Positions 12,757-23,585 of a DNA stretch of 64,000 bases are shown in pieces (the stretch's first letter is position 1; each line of letters starts with the position of its first letter). The position numbers and the translations under genes are program-made. A model generated the notes under the pieces. The model worked only from the letters and a program-made list of their open reading frames with translations, ran no database searches and was not told the DNA's origin. The DNA is taken from positions 29,998,213 through 30,062,212 of the forward strand of contig OZ234493.1 in assembly GCA_965153455.1 (NCBI GenBank). Direction: 5' to 3'. The DNA comes from Sphagnum compactum. Taxonomy: Eukaryota.

Positions 12757-14821
12757 ATTTAAGTTTATGTGAATACATAGACCAAGGGGGTAGGTTATGA
12801 CACCTCCTTTTCCTCTCAGAAGCAGGGTTGTTTTATTTATTGTTTATTATTATTAAATTATAAATTATAATTAAAAAATTAAATTTAAGAAAAATCAATT
12901 TTGTGATGTAGTTGCGGTGGCCATCATCCATAAGATGATTTAACCAGATTTGGCTACATAGTAGACATGAAGATAGAAAAAACTAGAATTCTTTCATATT
13001 CTTGGCTACCATTCACAACTGAGTAATATTAGGTTTTCAATGGATGGTGCACTAGTGAGTGTTGAGTTACATGATCCCAAGTTAGAGCATCTTGGAGCTC
13101 TGCCAATACCCAATTTTGGGCCTCCAACAATATTTCACATTTGGTTTACTTAACCTTTCAACTAGTTTCATTCATAAACATCAAATTTGAAATTGTAAAA
13201 GGTGAGAGAATGCTAATAGCAAAATATTTGACCAATCATTCTATTAGGTAATCAAGAATAATTTTTAGATTTGTGTAGCTGCATTTTTTTGGTGACTAAA
13301 AGTAGTCAAAATGTTATGATAGAAATGCCATTGCTAAAAGTAAGAAAATAAATGGGATAAACATGAAAATATCGTCGAGATTTGTTTACTTTTCATGCCA
13401 TGGTAGCCATCACATGATTATAATGATAGTCTAGATTGCCACAAAAACTAAAGTCATCTAGATAGATTTGTAATTTTGCTCATTTTTATTAGAGAGTTAA
13501 TAGTTTATCGTCATCGCATGAATGAAATGTGCATCTTGTCGCACTGTCATTGTTGTGATGAACTTGTGTTATGTCTTGTTTGAATTGTCATTTCACAAAA
13601 TCTTTAGAGCTTTGGGGAACCAACACCTACATTGGTGGTATTTTAAAAGTTTTTGAGTGAGGCCTCCTAATGGCTAGAGTAAGGCTGAAAAATGTTAGGT
13701 TTGTACCCCAGAAATTCAGATTTAGTTTGAGCTTGGGATATTTTGTAATGTTTAGAAGTAATTTAAATTAATTTTGGGGTTTTTAGTTTTTACCACGGTA
13801 CCAATTTGGGTGTTGGTTCACCCAAAACTTAGGTGATGACTTTTTTTTTTAAATTATTATTTTTCATTTTTTTTGTTGGAACATGAGTGACTATGATCTC
13901 ACAAAAGATTTAGCATGAGAGGTGATGATCCCAAAAAAATTAGATTTAATGACAACAAGTATTTGAGGAAATTGTCCAAACAATTAAAAATAGCATGAAA
14001 ATCACTATAAAAATAAAATTTTAGTGAAATTTCCTTTGTCCTTGGATGCAACCTAGCATTTTAAACCTCATCTAGAAACCATGCGTGGTGAATTGGGAAA
14101 CTAAAAACTCATGTTATGGTGGTTGCACCTCCTTAGCGAAAGGTGAAATCAATCCATTAGAAAAGAAAAGGCTAGCGATATTCCTTGCAAAAGGATTGTA
14201 CCTATTTTTTGTACTTCTTTCTCTATGAAAATATGTGTTGCTTGAAGTCGTTATTGAAAATATATTTCATTTGTTTTAGTCTGAATTGCATTGTAAAATT
14301 ATAGCAAATTGAGAAAGAGTTTTAGTGTTTAAGTTAGTTTTGATTTTCGGTTCAATTCTTTTAAAGTTTTGAGCTTCATTTCACATTTTGGGCTACATCT
14401 TACTATCAATTTTGAAACTTTTGAAAAAACACATTTTAACAATGAACTTTCACCAAATTTATATTTAATTTATCTTTTCATAACCATTTTTGCTATTTTG
14501 GTGAAACAATCATTGTCACACATGCTCCAAAATGAAAAAAATCATTTTCCCTAGATGGATACAAGTAATTCATTATTTTTTTCATAAATGTGTGAGAAAA
14601 AATAACTAAAGTTTGCCAAAAATATCTTCACTTTTTTACACCAAGAGTCATCCATAAAAATTTCAAAAAGTCCATGAAAAGCATTATTACATAATTTGTT
14701 TGTAAGCACAACTAGTGTTTTTTTTTTTTCAATTTCTTGATCGAACATCTTCAAGCAAATTTCAGCTTAATTGGTGACATTATTTGGAGGAACTCTTTAA
14801 ATAGTTGACAATAGACATAAA

Positions 14822-15183
14822 TGTTGGAAATTGACAATGGATCAATAAGAAAATAAAGATGGTAAACATCTTTATTTATCACAAGCTCTCCACCCAACCT
14901 TAGGATCATGCCGATGTTGCTACAAACCTATGATCCACCCTCTAGCTCTTGTCTAATCCAAATACGAGGTGAACACCCCCATGCAAATGTTACCTACCTT
15001 AGAAGGCACATGTCATCTCATGCATTGAAATATTTCACACTAAACTTAATTAAAGAAATATAAGCAAACTTACTTAACATATCTCATGGTCCCAAAAATA
15101 TGTGCATGTAACACAAATATCTCAAATAACTATAAATTGGTAAAAACAATTTAAGTAACTTGGTAGGAAGTTGATATCCAACA
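14822..15183 (-). repeat. Copia 3' LTR
   Basis: TGTTGGAAATTGACAA...GTTGATATCCAACA, aligns along its length to 26723-27083. The adjacent minus-strand purine-rich tract AGTTGAGTGCGAG (15184-15196) is a decayed PPT. Confidence 0.93.
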
Positions 15184-15199
15184 CTCGCACTCAACTAAC

Positions 15200-16871
15200 T
15201 ATTAAATTATGCACTTAATCACACCCATCAAGTGTCAAAAATATTCATGATTATCAGTAGAAAATCCTTTGGTCAATATATCTACAACCATATTCTCCAT
15301 GTTGTAATACACCAACTTAACAAAGCCTTCTTCAACCTTCTTTTGCATTAAATGATGAAAAACCTCAATATGCTTCGTGCAAACATGAAAGACTTGGTTC
15401 TTTGATAAATATATACAATTTTGATTGTCATAATATATGACATGGGTTTCATTTGTGGAACACTAATGCTCCCAAAAAGTGATGAAAACCACATTGCTTG
15501 CCTTGTAACTTGTGAAGCTACCATATATTTTGCTTTCGTTAATGACATAACAATAGAGGTCTCTTTCTTGTTATTCCAACTACTAACACCATTTCCCAAT
15601 AAGAAAACATAATTTGATGTGGATTTGTGGTCATCCATATTGTTAGCCCAATATGCACCACAATAGGCACTTATTTGTGTGCTTCCATAAATAATATCAT
15701 AATCACCAATATTGGGACATAGGCTTTGGTAAACACTCCTTTCGGAATGTACTTAACCCATATTATTTTCATTAATTCCTTTGCTATGATAAATGTTTCT
15801 TTCCCAATGCATATGGCCCTTCATGTTCATGTTGGAACCTTGGCTATGGCTTATGTTTCTTTTGAAACATGTTTGGCCTTGGTTATGGTTTACATTTCCA
15901 TTAGAACGGGCCTACCCCCCCATGTTCCTTTTGGAACACTAACTATGACTTACATTCTTGTTAAAATGTGCCTTTCATGTTTTTTTTGTAGCCCTAGCTA
16001 TGGTTTACATTCTCACCAAAATGTGCTTGACCCTCATGTTCCTTTCGGAACCTTGGTTAAGGTTTACATTCTCATTATAATACACTTAGCCTTTCATGTT
16101 CTCTTTGAAACTTTGGCTATGGCTTACATTCTTGTCAAAATGCACATGGCCTCTTGTGCTTTTTTAGAACCTTGGTTATGGCTTACATTCTCGTCAGAAT
16201 GCGCTTGACCCTTCATATTCATTTCAGAACCCTGGCTATGGATTACATTCTCATCAAAATGCACCTTGCCCTTCATGTTTCTTTCAGAACCCTAGCTATG
16301 GCTTACATTCTTATCAAAATGTGTTTGACCCTTCATGTTCCTTTTCGAACCATGGCTATGATTTACGTTCCTTTCAAAATGTGTTTAACCCCAACTATGG
16401 TTAACATGCTCATTAGAATGCACTATGCCCATAATAACATCCTTGATGTTTTTTCTGAACACAAACCAAAATCCATTATGCCTTTCAAATAACAAAAAAA
16501 TTGTTTCATTACAATCCAATGTGATTGTCCAGAATTAACCATAAACTGGCTCACAACCCCCATTGCCTGTGCAATATTAAGTCTTATGTATACCATTGCA
16601 TACATGAGATTTCCAATAGTGTTTTGAAATAAGAGGCCCACATTACTTCTAAGTTTGCATCACCTTGAGGACCCATATCCTTCAAAAGCTTGCAATTGGT
16701 CATAAAAAGAGTTTAACTAACTTACTTCCAATCATTCCAAATTGCTTCAATATACCTCCAATGTATTTGTTTTGATTTCAATAAATCGCACAATTTTGTC
16801 AAACACGATTTATTTATATCCCCAAGCAATATTAGATCTCACCTAAATCCACCATTTCAAATTTTTTGGGT
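15200..16871 (-). pseudogene. Copia pol 3' part: C-terminal RT, repeat-containing linker, RNase H
   Basis: KKFEMVDLGE continues across the CACTA insertion. IGNLMYAMVYIRLNIAQAMGVVSQFM..HWIVMK..YLKG (RT end). AYWANNMDDHKSTSNYVF..SWNNKKETSIVMSLTKAKY (RNase H). Confidence 0.9.
15725..16425 (-). repeat. 60-bp tandem repeat (roughly ten or more degenerate units, some half units) inside Copia pol
   Basis: Unit ~CTTCATGTTCCTTTCGGAACCTTGGCTATGGCTTACATTCTCATCAAAATGCGCTTGACC, visible in register in lines 16021-16380. Confidence 0.9.
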
Positions 16872-17554
16872 CACTATTACAAAACATGGGTTTTTTTACT
16901 ACTAGTATAGTGATTAAGATGACTACATAGTCATTTTAGTTGCAATGTAATATGTCTAGTTTGACTAATAATGTCTAATTTGCTTAACATGAAAAGTAGG
17001 TATGTTTGTTGTGACTAAAACAAATTAGCACCTTAATCACATCAGACAATTGGATACACACGTGGCATGTGTGGCACCGACGTGGACTCATTTAATTTGA
17101 CTAAGATGACTGAAATCAATCATTGTAAGTTGACTAAATGTGACTATAATGCAACTTTTTATGAGGTGGCAATATGAAAATTAAAAAAAGATTATTTAAG
17201 TTTTTAAATAGTGAATTATTGGAAAATATGAAAAGACCATCAAGTTATCAGACGCTTGATTTATGTTTTCGATCATTCATAGTAAAATAGAAGTAGAGGC
17301 AACAATGGAAAAATAACAAAATGCATATGAGAAGTGAAAAAATGGAAGATTGAAACTGAAATTTTATACTAAAATGGTTTTTTGAACTTTGATTATTTAT
17401 GCACCATTGGCGAAGTTTCATAGATTGAACATATAAATGTCTAGTTCCTAACTAAACTAAACAGCAAGGATGGTCTAGCAATAATTGACCATCCTTTATG
17501 TTATAATTAATTAACCATCACTATCACAACTTGTTACATATTTCTTTGCACTAT

Positions 17555-20285
17555 CTACTCCATCATCTTCCCCCTCATGAGCAACCAATATAAATCTAAG
17601 GGTGCAACAGTAAAATTGCCTACGATTGTGGTAGGTTTAATGGAATCCTCAATGGAAATAGGAGCTTGTAAACATGTGTAATCATCAATGTTGTCAAGTC
17701 GGAACATATCAACTTCCATAAGGTCGGTTTGAATAGTTTTGGTTATTATCTCCCATAGGGATCTTTCCGTAGTATTACCTTCCACCCCCTTTCTTTTGGG
17801 TCACTAGAAAAAAAAACTTGCTCTACATGTAGGGGGAAAGCAAATGATTAGTCTAAAATGGAAATAAGGGATGAAAAGTTCACAAGTGTGAAACCATATT
17901 CATTTCGTTTAATTGTTGCACTATTCCCAATTGTAGTTTGCTTTCACCCAGTTGCACAACAAGACAACTATGTTGAGCACCCCATAATTTTGTTCCAGTA
18001 TCTCCTCAACCCAACCAACATATTCCAATTTTGCAAGAACTGGTCTTTGATCATTTGGGCTTGATATGCATTCTTGTTCAAAAGTTGCCACTACACCACA
18101 ATCACTTGTTGTTAGATGTTCTTCGGCACTTGCAACACGAATGTGATTGCCATAAGCATACATGGTTTGATATGACATGGCTTCCAATGTTGGAGGCATG
18201 GACATATGCACTATGGTTTTGTCAATTGTGTCCCCATCATTGGGAGTCACTACAATGGAAGCCTTTATCCATGTTGCAAAGGGGGGCAATGGAGCAAGGT
18301 CATTTGGGAACACAAGATTCCTTGCCCAAGACCAACCTTGAAGTAACAAAACAATTCTCCTCTTGATCCCGAATTTTAATTGATGTAAAATACTTCCTGC
18401 CAATACAACATGTAACACATAGTTAACGTTTACAATTCTTCAAATTTTCTAAAAATTCAAATTGCCAATACAAAATTGTGAAACAAGAAGTGGTTGTAAC
18501 CTAGTTACAACAATAACAACAATTCTTGATAAATTGAATGGTGTGACCTATTTAAGACATATTCTTAAAAGAACTATGCAACTTCATTATTAAGATAATT
18601 AATAACAATGAATACATTACTCACCCCATGTAGCCATTAGTCCCACATTTTGAAGCACTAAAGAATGGGCCATGTCCCAAATACATTCATAATTCGTGGA
18701 CGCCCACCACCTTCCAACACCTCATCAAACATGGAGGGGTTTTCTTTGTCATCCCACACCCTACGTCTTGTGGCTATAAAATCCATGAGATACCCAATGC
18801 AAAACCTGACCGTTTTCTCTATTGTGTATCTTTTTACCATACTTTAGGTTTTGTTATATTTCCCACATATCCTTTCAAGGTTTTCAAATACCTTTCAATA
18901 GGATACATCCACCCAGTTTGGACTAGACCACATAGTTCCAGCTCCTTAACTAAATGAATTAACAAATGTGTCATGACATCAAAAAATGAAGGAAGGAATT
19001 TTTGTTCTAACAAGGCTAAAGTGATTGCTACTTCCTTTTTCAAGTCCCCCATCACTGCCAAATCCACAACCTTGGCATACAACCTTTTGAAAACCCAACA
19101 CAAGTGAATAATTGCCATCCTACATTCCTTAGTCATAAGATGCCACATGCATAAAGGCAAGATTTCTTGCATCATAATGTGGTAGTCACGTGACTTCATG
19201 CCCTTTAAGTCCTAGTCCATGATTCTCTTCTTGAGTGAAAATACATAATGTGTAGGTGTCTTCAAAGTTTCAATAATTTGGATAAACCTTTCCTTCTCCT
19301 CATCTGTCAACACATATGATGATGCCGATTTAATGAAGCCACGGTCCATAACACTAGCTTGTAGCCACAAATGTGGCTAGATGTTGCACTCCTTCAAGTC
19401 TTCCCAAACTGCTATTGTGTCCTTTGTCCAAAATATGGCTTTCATCACATTTTCACAAATGTTTTTTTCACAATGCATCACATCTAGTGTGTTGCGAATG
19501 AGCAAACCCTAGCCAACAAACAATTAAATGAGATTAGTGTTTTTTATAAATCAAACCCTAACCTATTTTATTAAGTGTTGGGCCATGCTAATGTAAACAA
19601 GCAAATAACACAAAACTAATTGTGATTAAATGGTTTAGTTGAAGGGGACTTACCTCCCAGTATGGGAGTTTAAACATGATGGAATGTCGCTTGATGCCAT
19701 GTTTGGGTATAGGATCATGTTTTGAATTGGATCTGTTTCGTGGACCTTGTAACCACACTTCCCGTTCCTTGCCTCATTTCATGATGTTTAATGCATTTAC
19801 TCGCACGAGCACCACCCTATTTTCCGTTTCCCCATTGAAAGCACTTTGAGCCCATTGATATGGATGGGTCCATGGCAAATACCATCGACTCCCATAGTAA
19901 ATGACTTTCTTCAATTTCCTTGAATACTGTGATTCTACAGCTGGGCCACAAGGTGGGCATCCCACAAGACTTTTGGTAACACATCATGTAAATAACCCAT
20001 AGGCTGAAAAGTCATGGATGTTCCAAATGCACATAGCCCTTAAATTGAATGTTGCCCCTTGGAACGAATCAAAAGCTTTAACACCTTGCCACAACAACTA
20101 TAACTCTTCAATAAAAGGCTCCAAGCACACATCCATGTTTGCAGTGGTTAATGATTCCTTGCCAAGAATTATTAAAGCCAACATCAAAAAGTAATGTTTT
20201 GTTACCAACCAAGGTGGCAAATTGTAATTCAACAAAATTACTAGCCATGTAGAGTGACAAGAACTTGTCTCCAAATGGGTTCACC
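17555..20285 (-). pseudogene. CACTA transposase remnant (Transposase_21/DUF4218/DUF4216-like), 5'-truncated
   Basis: GVNPFGD, YNLPPW, MDVCLEPFIEEL, YWE|GLLIRNTLDVMHCEKN (intron ~19509-19654), MKSRDYHIMMQ, FFDVMTHLLIHLVKE, WMYPIERYLKTLKGYV, YVGWVEEILE..VVLLCNWV. Multiple stops. Confidence 0.9.
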
Positions 20286-21599
20286 CACTACTAGAATTCC
20301 TATTTTTTTTACTATAAATTTTGGCCCAAAAAGACCCATTTTGGATAGGCGTCAAAAAGACCTCCCAATCATTTTGGACAAGTCGTTTTGAACTTGTCCA
20401 TTGTGACTAGGCCATGTAATTTTTGACCAAGCTTAAGCAGGCATTTTTGACTAGTCATTTCAACTAGTACTTTTGACTAGTACTTTTGATTAGTCATTTT
20501 GACAAATCAATATAACAGTCAAATGATTTTTTGACAAGTCAAACACCATTTTGACTACATGGCATTTAAACAATGGCCACCCAAGTTAAGCCATGTGGCA
20601 TTTAAACATTAGCCACCTAGGTTATGCCACGTGGCATTTAAACATTGGCCACTAGGTTATGCCACATGGATAGAACCTAAATAACTTAAGTTAGACTTAA
20701 AATTAGATACTTGCTCCTAAGGTCCCTATGTCTAGGAACCTACAACCTAAACTCCTAGGTCTAGGTTTAGGAGCCTATAATTAGCAACTAGGTATAAAAG
20801 CCTAAATTAGGTTATGGCAACTTAAACTATGACCTTTACTAGGCTTAAATGTACACCACTTAAATTAAGCTTACACCTAGTTGACCTAGGTAGGAAAATC
20901 CTATTTCATTTTGAATTTAACCTTTAAAGTTGAGCCTTTTCAATTGGTTCATCCCAAGTGGCCTTCCTTTTAAAAATATTTCTTATGTCTTCAATGTTTA
21001 TGGTGCATCTATTTATATTGTTCATCATTTGGAAAGGATGACAAACAATATGGGACAAACTTTTGGAAGGGAAAAACATTTTCATGTCCACACAACACTA
21101 GAACCTTTTAGTTCACACAACATTATTCCTAAATAAATATGTAAGATACATAAATGAAGTAAATAAATAAATAAAGAGGTAGGTGAATTTGTATGTTAAT
21201 TAAGTTAAAATAAAAATTAGTAATAGTTAATGTCTAATTAGTTAGTTATAATTTAATTACAACCATATTATAAATCCTTGAATTATATAAAATATTAAAA
21301 TAATTATAATATACTATATTGTTGATTGATAATTACAACCAAAATATAACTAATCCTTACAAATTTGACCTAATTCATTATATATTATCAACAATGTATT
21401 TGTAATAATTAATAATTAGTGTATTTTAGGTAAATAACCAACTAATAATTTATCATAGGTATATAAATGGCCTACCTTACCCTATATAACTAAGTTACCT
21501 ATAGGCTAAAATATAGGTAAATACGTGGAATATAGGTAGGGTATGTCTAAATAAATACACCTACATATATGTTAATTGTATTTAGGTCATGTAACCACA

Positions 21600-22775
21600 T
21601 ACTTACATTACATAAGTTAAATAGGCGGTTAATTTAACCTAGGAAAAATGAATTATGGAAAAATCAATGATTATTAAACTAATAATGGCTAAACCAACCA
21701 AAAATTAAAAATAATTATGGAAAAAGCATCCATGACTAAACTAATTATGCTTCAATTAACCATATTTAAATAAATATGGTGAAACTAACCATGAATAAAG
21801 TAAATAAAGCCAAGCTAACCAATGAATAACTATTTTATGGCTAAACCAACTATGCATAAATTAATTATGGCTCAAATCAAAATAAACGAAATAATTATGC
21901 CTAAAATCAAAATGGTGAAAATATTTATGGCAAAATTAAACATGGCAAAACTAGAAATGGTTAAATCATGAGTAAATAAATTTGGCTAAACTAACCACTA
22001 ATAAAATTAATATGGTTAAACTAACTAATGAATAAATATTTTATGGCAAAACCAATTATGTAAATTAAATTACGACTAAAATAAACATGAATGAAATAAT
22101 TATGGCTAAAATCAAAATGATTAAAATAATTATGGCAAAATTAAACATGGCTAAACTATAAATGGTTAAACTAACCATGAGTAAATAAATTTGGCTAAAC
22201 TAACCATTAATAAAGTTAATATGGCTTAATTAACTATTGAATTTTATTTTTTTGGAAAAATCAATTATGCAAAAATTTATTGTGACTAAAATAGACAAGA
22301 ATGAAATAATTATGGCTAAAATGAAAATGGTTTAAATAATTATGGTAGAACCAACCATGGTTATTTTAGTAACTATAAGTAAAATGAATTTGGCTAAAAT
22401 AAACATTTGTGAAATAATTATGGCTAAAATAAATTTTAAAAAATAATTATGGCAAAACCAACCATGGCTAAATTAACAATAATTTTAAATTAATTATGGG
22501 TATATTGATTATGGTTAAATTTAGTAGGGTAAAATAATAATATGTTAAAAATAAATATGACTAATTTAGTTATGCTTACAGTAACCATGGTTAAATTCAT
22601 TATGGCAAAACTAATTATCATGGCTAAACTTAGTAAAGTTAAACCAATTATTGTTAAATTGACCATGGTTAAAATATTTATGATTGTTAAACTACTTATG
22701 GCTAAATTAACCATAATTAAATTAAATATGACCAAATAAATGATGGAATAATTAATTATGGTTAACTGAATCAAG
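21600..22775. repeat. AT-rich ~15-bp degenerate minisatellite inside CACTA
   Basis: Recurrent AACTAACCATGGCTA / AATAATTATGGCTAA units over more than 1 kb. Confidence 0.85.
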
Positions 22776-22954
22776 GTAATGTATATCTATATGTTGTATG
22801 TGTAGTACCATAATGTAAGGTTCAAGTTACAAGCTACAACAAAATGTTGCAAGATTTTAATTAGTAAGTACCAATAAACATAAGTGGAAGACTAATTTGG
22901 CATGTTATTAATCATGTACACATAATCAACATTAGTCAAAAAGTCAATCACAAT

Positions 22955-23370
22955 AGACAACCATGTGGCACCTAAATATATGGGTTGATTTTATTAGTTA
23001 GTTTAGTCACAAAGACATGACATGTGTCACTTAAATACGAGTTAATTTTATTAATCACTTAAATCACAAAGACATGACATGTGTCACCCATGTATAGGTT
23101 ACTATTTTAATGATCTTAGTCATAATGGACATACCACGTGTCCCTCGATTATTAATTGCTTATTAATCGCTTCAGTCAAAACAGACAAAACATGTGCCAC
23201 CTAGTTATTAGCTACCTTTTTAGTCATTATAGTTAGAACAGATAGGACGTGTCACCTAGATATAAGCTATCTTGTTAGTAATATCAGTTAGGATGACAAG
23301 ACACGTGTCATTCAAATATAGGCCACCATTTTAATCACCTCAATTACTGTAAATAAGCCATGTGGCATCC
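22955..23370. repeat. CACTA subterminal ~57-bp repeats with CACGTG/CATGTG cores
   Basis: About 8 units each containing (C/G)A(C/T)GTG(T/G)C. A related ~35-bp repeat GCCA(C/T)GTGGCATTTAAACA lies at 20555-20670. Confidence 0.8.
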
Positions 23371-23585
23371 ACATCAATTAGGAACTTAGTCAGGTTTGTC
23401 AGAATAGACATTAAACACTTTAATCAAATTAGACACACAAATAGTCACTTAGACAAAATAGATTCAATCATAATTTTATTTTAAACGACTAGTCTGTTTT
23501 GACTAAGGACATTTTTGTCCATTGTCCATAATGACTGAAATTTCAGTCATAAAAACCAACATAAAAACAACATTATTTAATAGTG

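Larger units (their letters stand above)
16872..23585 (-). mobile_element. CACTA (En/Spm) DNA transposon nested in Copia RT
   Basis: Termini CACTATTA...TAATAGTG, 3-bp TSD GGT (16869-16871 and 23586-23588), GACTA/TAGTC-rich subterminal repeats. Removing it restores the Copia RT frame KDNLP|KKFEMVDLGE. Confidence 0.93.

Noticed and set aside
15726-16492. Plus-strand hydrophobic ORFs of 160 and 112 aa
   Set aside because: Antisense readings of the 60-bp repeat inside Copia pol.
22490-22774. Repetitive ORFs on both strands
   Set aside because: Artefacts of the 15-bp minisatellite.
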